DNA of 63,693 nucleotides, filler included, from an uncultured Methanosarcinales archaeon (GCA_964645415.1; 6 parts of 6 records of this genome joined end to end with filler, not necessarily neighbours in it), one strand, 5' to 3'; positions 9,413 to 19,436 are shown, numbered from the whole stretch's first letter. A program made the numbers and translations. The notes: a model not told the origin generated them from the letters alone.

Positions 9413-9919
9413 TTATTTATTCTCTTTAGCAGAATCTAAACGATTTTTTAACTCTTCTTTAGAATCAACTTCAAAATATTCATAAAATTTATCTGTTAAT
9501 CTTAATAAATAAGTTCTACCTGATGTTTTTTTAGTTATAAATCCTTTTGAATGTAAAATATCAATATGGTTATAAGCTTTATTATTTCTTATATCAATCA
9601 CTTCTGATTGAAGAACAGGAGCTTTCCATGCAATAACAGAAAGAGTTTGTAAAACAGATTGATCCATTTGTAACTCAGAAACAAGATCTTTTACAAGTCC
9701 AGAATATTTTTCTCTTATACTCATATGCCATTCATTATCTTCTTCAAATAAAAATAAAGCACCATCGCGATCTTCTAATTCTTGAGACATTTCATTAAGC
9801 AATGATTCACATCTATCTTTTTTTATTCCAATAGTTTTTGAAATCATATTTAAAGAAAAAGGTTTACCTGTTATGAAAAGTAATGCTTCAATCCTATTTT
9901 TTATTTCTTTATCATCCAT
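9413..9919 (-). CDS. scpB: SMC-Scp complex subunit ScpB
   Basis: IEALLF, LQTLSVIAWKAPV and GRT...TDKFYEYF motifs. Confidence 0.9.
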   Translation of the reverse strand: MDDKEIKNRIEALLFITGKPFSLNMISKTIGIKKDRCESLLNEMSQELEDRDGALFLFEEDNEWHMSIREKYSGLVKDLVSELQMDQSVLQTLSVIAWKAPVLQSEVIDIRNNKAYNHIDILHSKGFITKKTSGRTYLLRLTDKFYEYFEVDSKEELKNRLDSAKENK

Positions 9920-9931
9920 TTTAAATTAAAA

Positions 9932-10627
9932 TTATTTTATCATATATTTTTCTTTTGATTTTTTTAATTCTCCTTTTGAAATCAATGATTTTAATACTTT
10001 TTCTAAATGTGGTTCAGTCATTCCAATTATTTTAGATAATTCTTTAATGTCTTTACCTTCATCTTTTAGAATATATTTCATAAAGTTTTTCATTAAAGCA
10101 TCAGTATTTTTATTAAGTGTAGAAAACTTTTTTCTCAATAATTTATGTTCAGAACTAAGATTTTTCTTACTCATCTCATTTTGATGTAGCTTTGAAATTA
10201 ATCCATTAAATAAATTCATTAGCTCTTGAGCATCAACTTTAACACTTGAAGGAGAAATTAATTCAAAATAAGAAGGTAAAAATGATATAATGAAATCACC
10301 TAATTTTTCTTTATCAATAACACCTTCAATTTCAACAATCTTAATAAATACTTTATCATCTTCTTCAGTATCTAAAAAATCTACTTTTGAAAACTTTAAT
10401 ATTTCACTCTCATAAATTTTATCAACATATAATTTTAAAGCTTTTTCAACATGATCTTTTGGAGAACCTGCTATCTCAAAAGTAAATCTTGTGTGGAGAC
10501 GTTTTTTACTTACAATATCACTTAACTCTTCAGAAGATAATATCTTATAATCTTCATCAATAGATTCAACTTCCTCAGAATCAACATCTTCAATTTCTTT
10601 TTTATTGTTACTTAAAAAATCAAACAT
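9932..10627 (-). CDS. Hypothetical protein with coiled coil and probable C-terminal winged helix
   Basis: Clean ORF with SD (ggtga); C-terminal IKELSKIIGM...LKSLISKGELKK pattern. Confidence 0.6.
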   Translation of the reverse strand: MFDFLSNNKKEIEDVDSEEVESIDEDYKILSSEELSDIVSKKRLHTRFTFEIAGSPKDHVEKALKLYVDKIYESEILKFSKVDFLDTEEDDKVFIKIVEIEGVIDKEKLGDFIISFLPSYFELISPSSVKVDAQELMNLFNGLISKLHQNEMSKKNLSSEHKLLRKKFSTLNKNTDALMKNFMKYILKDEGKDIKELSKIIGMTEPHLEKVLKSLISKGELKKSKEKYMIK

Positions 10628-10726
10628 AATATCACCAATTATTTTTATAAATATAAATTATATAATAAACTAACTAAAAACAATAAAAAGGGCAAAGTTT
10701 ATAAAATTAATCTATGGTTAATTGAT

Positions 10727-11221
10727 ATGAAATATGAAAAAGAAACTAAAAGTCATCTGATTGAGTATAAAGGAGTTATACATAAAGATATAAATAAAAT
10801 TTTAGATGATATGAAATCTTTTATTGAAAAAAGAGAATTTGATGTTTTTGATAAAAAATTTACAAAGAAAGGATCTGATTCATATGATATTGAGATTAAA
10901 TTTGTGGCATCTAGAAAAGTAGACAATTATTTCAAATATGAAATTGAAATAGAGTTTGTTGGTGAAAATATACATTTCAAAAGAATGGAAGTCAATAATG
11001 AAATAAAAAGAATACAAAGAGGTAAATTAAAAATAAATTTTAGTGGAAAAACAATTATTGACTGGCAGGATAAACTTAGTGGTTTTTGGGAAAAGTTTCA
11101 AAAGTTTTATGAAAATATGATTTATGGTGATATTAAACAAGCAAGAGATTATCTTGATGATTTATTAGATGATTATGAAAATCACGTTAAAAAAATTCTT
11201 GGAATAAAGACGAGGAAATAA
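10727..11221 (+). CDS. Hypothetical protein, paralog of the next gene
   Basis: Colinear similarity with 11223..11738 (IEYKGV/IKYEGV, KVDNYFK/EVNDYIK, IIDWQDK/ESDYEGK). Confidence 0.7.
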   Translation: MKYEKETKSHLIEYKGVIHKDINKILDDMKSFIEKREFDVFDKKFTKKGSDSYDIEIKFVASRKVDNYFKYEIEIEFVGENIHFKRMEVNNEIKRIQRGKLKINFSGKTIIDWQDKLSGFWEKFQKFYENMIYGDIKQARDYLDDLLDDYENHVKKILGIKTRK

Positions 11222-11222
11222 T

Positions 11223-11738
11223 ATGGGAGAAACTTACATTGTATCTGGAGAAGAGGAAATAAAATATGAAGGAGTATTTGATGCAAAAGAATATTATCAA
11301 ATGATAGTTAATTGGTTAGATGAGCACGGTTACGATATAAATATTAAAGTAAATTCAGAAGAAGTAAAAGAAGATGGTAGATTTTCTTTAGTTAAATTAA
11401 AAGCAGAAAAAGAAGTTAATGATTATATTAAAAAAGTAATTAAAGTTGGAATTAAATTAGGTAATATTGTAGACATAGATGTAAATTATAAAAAGAAACA
11501 ACATAAACTTGAAAAAGGAAATGCTTCATTAGAAACAATGGGACTAATAGAATCAGATTATGAAGGGAAATGGAAAGATTCTGTTTTGAAGTGGTTTATT
11601 AGGTCATTTATTGACAAGTATTTATTTAAATATCCTTATGAAAACGAAAAGAAAGAATTAAAAGAAGATATAAAGAAATTAAAAAGAGAAATTAATTCTT
11701 TTTTTAACATGCAACAAGAAATATTTATGGACGTATAA
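11223..11738 (+). CDS. Hypothetical protein, paralog of the previous gene
   Basis: Same as above; 1-nt spacing to both neighbours suggests an operon. Confidence 0.7.
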   Translation: MGETYIVSGEEEIKYEGVFDAKEYYQMIVNWLDEHGYDINIKVNSEEVKEDGRFSLVKLKAEKEVNDYIKKVIKVGIKLGNIVDIDVNYKKKQHKLEKGNASLETMGLIESDYEGKWKDSVLKWFIRSFIDKYLFKYPYENEKKELKEDIKKLKREINSFFNMQQEIFMDV

Positions 11739-11739
11739 A

Positions 11740-12135
11740 ATGGAATGTTTATTTTGTAAAATTGTTGAAGGGGAAATTGACTCACATGTTGTTTATGAAG
11801 ATGAGAAATGTTTAGTAATTTTAGATATTAATCCTCATTCTAAAGGTCACGTTTTAGTAATTCCAAAAGAGCACACAAAAATATTTGTAATGAGTAATCC
11901 TGAAATAATGAGTCATATGTTAAAAATTACTTATTTGTATTCAAAATTAATTGAAAAGGAATTTAACAAGAGCACAACAATAAGTATTCAGAATGGGGGT
12001 GCTGCTGGTCAAAATATACAGCATGCTTCAATTCAAATAATTCCTGGAAATGTTTTTAACCTTAAGAAAAATAAAGAGAATAGTGAAGAGATTTTTGAAA
12101 AAATAAAAAAAATAGTTCATTCTTCATTTGACTAA
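11740..12135 (+). CDS. HIT-family protein with degenerate histidine triad
   Basis: CLFCKIV, LDINP..KGHVLVIPKEH and NGGAAGQ motifs, but HASIQ in place of HxHxH. Confidence 0.85.
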   Translation: MECLFCKIVEGEIDSHVVYEDEKCLVILDINPHSKGHVLVIPKEHTKIFVMSNPEIMSHMLKITYLYSKLIEKEFNKSTTISIQNGGAAGQNIQHASIQIIPGNVFNLKKNKENSEEIFEKIKKIVHSSFD

Positions 12136-12182
12136 AACCAAAACAAAAAAAACTTAATTCATAATTATAGAAAAACTAATTT

Positions 12183-12480
12183 AAAATCTTCTTAAGAGGA
12201 TTTTGCCCTACAATTTCTTTAGTTAAAAACGAATACACAATCTTTAGCTAAAATACGAATACATATTACTAAACTAAAGTTTAAAACAGTTAAATTAGAA
12301 ATTTAAAAGTGTGAAAGCTGAGCTAAAGAAATCATCTACGTTTAATCTTCTTCGAAGTTAGTCCATCAAAATCATCTAAAAACAAAAAAAGAATAAGTTT
12401 ATAAAATCAAAAATCTAATTGAATAGAATTTAATAGAAACTACTTTGCTATACGAAGTATAGTACCATCCTTGCCAGCTT
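12183..12480. repeat. Mosaic intergenic repeat cluster (copy R1) at a contig end
   Basis: Contains GATTTTGCCCTAC (12199), ACGAATAC twice, CTTTAGCTAA, a 44-bp block shared with 48214 (43/44 identical) and the GAA hairpin (12446-12464). Confidence 0.85.
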
Positions 12481-12580
12481 NNNNNNNNNNNNNNNNNNNN
12501 NNNNNNNNNNNNNNNNNNNNNNNNTTAATTAATTAANNNNNNNNNNNNNNNNNNNNNNNNNNNNNNNNNNNNNNNNNNNN
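12481..12580. other. Artificial contig-joining linker (also 24832-24931, 36640-36739, 48403-48502, 58624-58723)
   Basis: 100-nt N run with central TTAATTAATTAA (stops in all six frames), identical at five sites. Confidence 0.97.
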
Positions 12581-13864
<1,284 letters not shown>

Positions 13865-13869
13865 TTATT

Positions 13870-15141
13870 TCAACCTTTAAAGTAAAAATTATAATTATTA
13901 TGTGTTATTAAATAGTATTTTTCTTCATTTACAAAATATTGATCACTGTCAAAAATAAAAAAAGAATTAATATTAAATCTTTCATAAAAGCTAACATCAT
14001 AAACACCTATATCTTCAAATATTTCATTAAGTAAAAATTGTGATGGAATATTTTTTGAATAACCGATAAATGGAAAAGAATTATCTGAAAAATAATAATT
14101 CTCACTATAACCAGGATAATAATAGTGAGTATATTCTGGTTGGTTAAAAAGAAAATTAATTGAAGAAAAAGCACTAAAAATAATGATAAATGAAATTAAG
14201 ATGATAGAAGTTTTATAAAAATATCTTGAAAAACTAGAAAATTTTACTTTTGAAAGTTTATCTAAATAATTCAAAGATAAAATAATTGATAAAATAAAAG
14301 TTATTTGAAAAAAAGTACCAAAACTAATCCAAATTGAAAGAGAGACTAAGAAAACAGATGTTAACCAAATAAACATCTTGTTTTTTGTCTTAAATAAATT
14401 ATTAAAGATATTCAAAAGAGAAAGAACAACAAAAAATCCAATTATTGGAGTAAATGAATATTCAGAAAAAACAGGAGGTAATTCAACTCCACTATAAAAA
14501 AAGTAATGAAGAAAATTCCAAAGAAAAAATATTGTATACATAAAAAAAACTTCGATTTGAGTTTTATTAATTTCGATTTTAGAAAAATAAGATAGAAAGA
14601 AATAAAGTGGTATCGAAAGTAAGAAGAAAAAAGATTCAGAAAAAAGAGATGTAAATATAAAAGAAATTACTAAAAGTAAGTAAAATGATTTTTTATCAGA
14701 TAAATCTGTTTGAAATAAAAGAATGACCATAAAGAAAAGAAAAATAAAGATTATTTCAAAATCAATTGATGCTAAAGAAGTATTAAATATCGGAAGGTAA
14801 AGAAATAAAGGAATAAAAAAGAAAGATAGAAAAAAGTTATAATTTAAATGAGAATATATCAGTAAGGAAATCAAAATAACTAATAAAAAAATAAAAGAGA
14901 GTAAAATATGAAAAGATAATTCTAAATTTAAAAAAGAGTTTACAAAATTAAGTAACCTTATTTTATTTCTTGAAAATATATCTAATTCTAAATCATTTAT
15001 TGAATTTTCTTGAGCTGTTGAATATTCATTCAAAGCAATATAACCTAAAGAATCAGGATTAATATATCTATTAAAAGATCCTCTGAACACAAAAACAGAG
15101 ATTAATAATATTATTAAAAAAATATATTTTTTATTTTTCAT
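13870..15141 (-). CDS. Polytopic membrane protein, possibly a divergent GT-C fold glycosyltransferase
   Basis: N-terminal TM followed by loop NPDSLGY, many TMs and a soluble C-terminal tail. Function is inference only. Confidence 0.55.
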   Translation of the reverse strand: MKNKKYIFLIILLISVFVFRGSFNRYINPDSLGYIALNEYSTAQENSINDLELDIFSRNKIRLLNFVNSFLNLELSFHILLSFIFLLVILISLLIYSHLNYNFFLSFFFIPLFLYLPIFNTSLASIDFEIIFIFLFFMVILLFQTDLSDKKSFYLLLVISFIFTSLFSESFFFLLSIPLYFFLSYFSKIEINKTQIEVFFMYTIFFLWNFLHYFFYSGVELPPVFSEYSFTPIIGFFVVLSLLNIFNNLFKTKNKMFIWLTSVFLVSLSIWISFGTFFQITFILSIILSLNYLDKLSKVKFSSFSRYFYKTSIILISFIIIFSAFSSINFLFNQPEYTHYYYPGYSENYYFSDNSFPFIGYSKNIPSQFLLNEIFEDIGVYDVSFYERFNINSFFIFDSDQYFVNEEKYYLITHNNYNFYFKG

Positions 15142-15167
15142 TTTAAAAGTATTATTTTATATACAAA

Positions 15168-17867
15168 TTAAAAAGAGGAAAGTTTCTTTTGTTCAGTTCC
15201 TTTTATAATATCATTGAAATTTAAGTTAACAGCATCTAAAATATCTTCAACAACAGATTTTACTTGTTTTTCTATATAATGATCATAATCATATGATGAT
15301 TTAATTTTTGACTTTGGTTGTGGTCCATCAACAGTTATAACATATTCAACAACATTAGTTTCAAGATTATCCATTATTTTAGCAGCTTTTACGTGTGGAG
15401 GAGTTGTCTTTTTATACTCTTCAAGAGGTTTTGAAAGATGTTTTTTATAAACTAATTTTTCATCTAATTTTCCTTTCTTTATATCAGATACTATTCTTTT
15501 TAGATAAGTTTTATAATCTTTATTATGAAACATTTTAATGAGTAAATTCCTTTGAACATCTCTTGCTAATTTTGTCCAATCACTCCTTACTGTTTCTAAA
15601 CCTACAATATCTACTTTTTTATTTTTTTCATTATCAATAATCAATCCTGCATATCTCTTTTTTACACCAAGAAGTAAGAATTTTTCATATAGTTTCTCAA
15701 ATTCTAATTCTAAATTGCTATCTATGTTATAAGTATGATTAATCCTTTTTGAATGGAATTCATTAATTCTATTTTGAAAATCTTCTCCTTCTTCAAAAAT
15801 TTTTGAGAGTGTATTTTTTTCAGTGTCAATATTCAAATCAACAAATAATGAATCAGTATCTCCATAAAGAACTTTTTGAGTTGAGGAGTTAATTTTCTCA
15901 TAAGATTTTCCTTCGATAAAATCTTTAGTAATCTTAATTGTTAGTCTACCATAAGAAGTTATAGAACCAATTACTTTTGGATTATAAAATCTACAACGAG
16001 AATTACCTAATACTCCAGAAAATGAGTTTAAAATAATTTTTAACGCATAACTTTTTACATCATCGTTTTCTTTTTTTGCTTGATCTCTTAAATTCCAAAT
16101 TTTTAAGATTAAATCTTTGAGAAATGATTTACCTTGAGAAAAAATAGAACCATTTGGAGTTACAATATATACATTATTTTCTTTTTTAAAATAGAATTTT
16201 ATATCTTTATTCTGATATAATTTTCTATTATCCAATTCATTAATTAACTCTTTATCTGTTTGTACCTTCTTATCTAAATATTTACTAATTTTTTCTTTTA
16301 AATATTCTTTAAATTCTTTTATCTCATTTTTAATAGATTCGTTTGGATTATTAATTGTTCCATAAAAAGAAAATGGGTCTAGATTATATGTTAAAATTAA
16401 ACTAGGATATAAACTTTTGAAATCATATACACAAATATTTTTAAAGATTCCTTTTTCTGGTTGAAGGACAAATCCTCCTGAAACACTCTTTGATACAGCA
16501 TCATGTTTTACATTATCACAAACAACACCGTCTTTATTTGCATCTCTAATATAAAGTGAATCTAAAACTTGAATTGAACCACTAATACGATTTAATGAAA
16601 GTCCAGTAATATGAGTTCTCAATAAAGTTAACTGAAGAACTTTTACTTCTAATAAAATATCAATTACTAATGCTGAGTCTTTTATGTTATAAAATAAAAC
16701 TTTTGAAGAACCCTCAATCCATTCTTTTTTTATAGATTCATATTTACCAATATCATCATCAACAATATCTACTTTATCATCATCTAATAATTCTTTTGAA
16801 GCAGTTGTTAGTTTATAGTTTTCAAGTTTTACAAAGTTATCTTTTAATAAAAATATACCATCTAATACATTTCTACCAAAGAAATAAGCTTTTGATCTTC
16901 TAAAATAATTTGAATATCTTCTAAGAGAACTTTTTTCATTTTTACGAGAAAGTTTATAGTCTAATCCATAATGTTTGAATCTTTTTTCAAGAAAATCTAA
17001 ATCAAAGTCAACAACATTCCAACCAGTAATTAAATCAGGATCAAGTTGTTGAAAGTCTTTTCTGAAAGCTCTTAAAAGAGACCTTTCTTCATCAAAATAA
17101 ACTCTATTAACATTATCTATTTTATAGTTTTTTAATTCAATATCATCGTTAGGTTCATCAAAACTTTCTTTTGAGTTATTTAGAACATATTGTTTAGTTA
17201 TTACATTTGATACAGAATTATTAAAAGAATAATCACAAAAAACAGTTGATATTAAAACGACTTCATCATCTATTGTTTCTATGTCAAAAGACATTAATGA
17301 AAATTCATGATTGTCATAATTTGTTTCTTTATATTCTGGAAAAAACCCAAACTCATAATCATAAGAATCATAATATGTTCTAAGATATTGTTTTAGCTTT
17401 TGAACTGATTGTTTTAAATCAAATTGATCAATAAAATCAGAGTTATCTTCTAATCTTTTCTTTATGTTATTTTCATTAAATTGATTTATTTCTTTATATT
17501 GTGGTTCAAAAAAAGAATATATGTCTTTATCCATCTTATAACGTTTTGTAAATAAGATATCAGATTCATAAGAAGGAATACCATAATCAAGGAGTTTATC
17601 TCTCATTTTAGAAATATTTTTAGGATCATTTGTAGTTATCTTTTTAACGTTGTTTCTTTCAAAGTTAACTTTTTTTGTGTTTTCAATTTTAATAGGATAT
17701 TCAGTTAGAATCTCTTTTATCTCTTCATCATTAATTTCAGCATCAATATAAAAATAAGGTAAATATGTGTCAATCAATAGAAGATTATTCTTAGAACTAC
17801 AAGACATAATAACAAAAGGAATATCATACACTACATACTCTGAAGACATTAAATAAGTAGAATCCAT
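15168..17867 (-). CDS. polB: Family B DNA polymerase (Pol II-like) with 3'-5' exonuclease
   Basis: Exo motifs FDIET, GWNVVDFD, YNIKD; polymerase motifs DFKSLYPS, KIILNSFSG, YGDTDS, KKRYAG, GLETVRSDW. Confidence 0.95.
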   Translation of the reverse strand: MDSTYLMSSEYVVYDIPFVIMSCSSKNNLLLIDTYLPYFYIDAEINDEEIKEILTEYPIKIENTKKVNFERNNVKKITTNDPKNISKMRDKLLDYGIPSYESDILFTKRYKMDKDIYSFFEPQYKEINQFNENNIKKRLEDNSDFIDQFDLKQSVQKLKQYLRTYYDSYDYEFGFFPEYKETNYDNHEFSLMSFDIETIDDEVVLISTVFCDYSFNNSVSNVITKQYVLNNSKESFDEPNDDIELKNYKIDNVNRVYFDEERSLLRAFRKDFQQLDPDLITGWNVVDFDLDFLEKRFKHYGLDYKLSRKNEKSSLRRYSNYFRRSKAYFFGRNVLDGIFLLKDNFVKLENYKLTTASKELLDDDKVDIVDDDIGKYESIKKEWIEGSSKVLFYNIKDSALVIDILLEVKVLQLTLLRTHITGLSLNRISGSIQVLDSLYIRDANKDGVVCDNVKHDAVSKSVSGGFVLQPEKGIFKNICVYDFKSLYPSLILTYNLDPFSFYGTINNPNESIKNEIKEFKEYLKEKISKYLDKKVQTDKELINELDNRKLYQNKDIKFYFKKENNVYIVTPNGSIFSQGKSFLKDLILKIWNLRDQAKKENDDVKSYALKIILNSFSGVLGNSRCRFYNPKVIGSITSYGRLTIKITKDFIEGKSYEKINSSTQKVLYGDTDSLFVDLNIDTEKNTLSKIFEEGEDFQNRINEFHSKRINHTYNIDSNLELEFEKLYEKFLLLGVKKRYAGLIIDNEKNKKVDIVGLETVRSDWTKLARDVQRNLLIKMFHNKDYKTYLKRIVSDIKKGKLDEKLVYKKHLSKPLEEYKKTTPPHVKAAKIMDNLETNVVEYVITVDGPQPKSKIKSSYDYDHYIEKQVKSVVEDILDAVNLNFNDIIKGTEQKKLSSF

Positions 17868-17975
17868 GGTAATAAAAAATAATGTTCTTATAAAAAATTT
17901 TACATAATAATTTGTAAAAAATCAAATATAAAATTACACTATTTAAAAATAAAAATAACAAATATAAAATGATTT

Positions 17976-18135
17976 AAGAGGAATTTTATACAGGATTAAA
18001 ATACATATAAAAATAGAAAAATCTGTTGATTTTGTTCATAAAAATAAAAAACGATAAAAAAGAAAAGATAAGTATAAAATTCCGACAAAACCTAAAAAGA
18101 GGATTTTGCCCTACTAACTCTTTAGCTAAGAACGT
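17976..18135. repeat. Inverted-repeat element plus repeat modules (copy R2), homologous to 58203-58355
   Basis: GGAATTTTATAC (17980-17991) ... GTATAAAATTCC (18072-18083), then GATTTTGCCCTAC (18102) and CTCTTTAGCTAA. Confidence 0.85.
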
Positions 18136-18158
18136 AGAATATATAGGCAATAAATTCT

Positions 18159-18356
18159 CTAACATCCACTACAGTTATTTCCGCTTTGAGATTTTACTGA
18201 CTTTCCATAATCAATATTTGTTTGTTTTCCAATAATATCATTACATTTGTGTAACATCTCAAGAAATTTATCATCAGATACTTCTTCACTATATTCTGAT
18301 AGTTTCTTACCAAATTCTTTAGCTTTTTCTAAAACTTCTTCTTTAGAATATGTCAT
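18159..18356 (-). CDS. Small YlbF-like protein (short paralog of the adjacent gene) with C-terminal CSGC
   Basis: ATG overlaps the upstream stop (TAATG); KEEVLEKAKEFGKKL start and NDIIGKQTNIDYG...CSGC end. Confidence 0.6.
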   Translation of the reverse strand: MTYSKEEVLEKAKEFGKKLSEYSEEVSDDKFLEMLHKCNDIIGKQTNIDYGKSVKSQSGNNCSGC

Positions 18357-18718
18357 TATAAACCACACCCTGAACAACTATGTTTAACTTGAGCAAATTC
18401 TTGACCAATCTCTTCACTAATTACTTTGTTTGTTTCAGAAAGTAAATTAAGTAATTCTTGTCTTTTCTTAACAAAGTTAATAACTAAATCATGACCATCA
18501 ATTTTTCTTTTAAGAGATTTTACTTCTTTCAAAATTTCTGTATTAAAACCAGAAGATTGTAGTTCTTTTTGTTTTTCTTCAAATTTAGATAACATATTTT
18601 GAAGCTCTTCATCACCTTCTAAATCTTCTTGTGATTTTAAAAAGTCTTTATAACATTCTGATTCAAGTATGTAATTACCAAAATCTTCGGCAAAATCTTT
18701 AATATCTATTTTTTTCAT
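18356..18718 (-). CDS. YlbF/YmcA (Com_YlbF, RicA/RicF-like) family protein
   Basis: Helical pattern AEDFGNYILESECYKDF...DEELQNMLSKFEEKQKELQ, ending SCSGCGL. Confidence 0.75.
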   Translation of the reverse strand: MKKIDIKDFAEDFGNYILESECYKDFLKSQEDLEGDEELQNMLSKFEEKQKELQSSGFNTEILKEVKSLKRKIDGHDLVINFVKKRQELLNLLSETNKVISEEIGQEFAQVKHSCSGCGL

Positions 18719-18727
18719 CTAAATCAC

Positions 18728-19399
18728 CTAACATTCATCAAATTCTCCTTCTTGACAAAGTATGTCTAATATTTCTTGGTTATTCATATAACCTTCATAA
18801 ACATTCTCATTAATAACTAAAGTAGGATACTCTTCAACACCATAAACTCTTCTCAATGTTTGTACTGTTCCTTCTAAATTAGAATCTAATGAAAATATTA
18901 ATACATCACTTTCTAATAATCTCTTTATATAAGTTAAATGTGTCCCCATATCATCACATCTTGGACACTGTGTATCATCACCATAAAAATATAATATAAT
19001 TCCAAAGTCTCCACCACAATAATCTTTTATTTTTTGAGATAAAATCCAATAATTTAAACTAGATATAGTATATTCTCTTTTAAGTCTTTGATATTCCTCT
19101 TCTTTAACTTGAGCCATGTCAAAATAATTTTCAAGTCTTATTTGTTTATCATCTAAATCACTCATACTTTCATAAAAAACACGATATAATCTATCACATT
19201 GACCTCTTTCTGCAAGATAACTAACATATCTATTTTGTAATTCTAAATCAGAGAATTCAATTTTCTCTACTTGAAGCTCTTCATACATTTCACTAATTCT
19301 TGCATTTTCTACAAAAAAACCTAATAGTAAACCAAATGCAAAAATAAATATCGTTAGAAGTGCAGCAAAAACATATCTTGTTTTTTTAACATCTCTCAT
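18728..19399 (-). CDS. Membrane-anchored protein with C-terminal thioredoxin-like fold
   Basis: N-terminal TM, LYFY...CPRC and YGVEEYPTLVIN (cis-Pro loop). Confidence 0.75.
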   Translation of the reverse strand: MRDVKKTRYVFAALLTIFIFAFGLLLGFFVENARISEMYEELQVEKIEFSDLELQNRYVSYLAERGQCDRLYRVFYESMSDLDDKQIRLENYFDMAQVKEEEYQRLKREYTISSLNYWILSQKIKDYCGGDFGIILYFYGDDTQCPRCDDMGTHLTYIKRLLESDVLIFSLDSNLEGTVQTLRRVYGVEEYPTLVINENVYEGYMNNQEILDILCQEGEFDEC

Positions 19400-19436
19400 T
19401 TTTCAAAAGAAATTTTAAAGAAAAAAAATAAAAAAT

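Noticed and set aside
12447..12458. GCTATACGAAGT matches part of a loxP arm
   Set aside because: Only 12 nt match, there is no second arm at 8-bp spacing, and other copies of the hairpin differ; it belongs to the endogenous repeat family.
12183..12480. Possible CRISPR array in the repeat clusters
   Set aside because: No run of identical repeats with regular unique spacers and no cas genes in the window.
18026..18235. 69-aa plus-strand ORF over the inverted-repeat element
   Set aside because: TTG start, overlaps a repeat and an opposite-strand gene, and is not preserved in the second copy at 58200.
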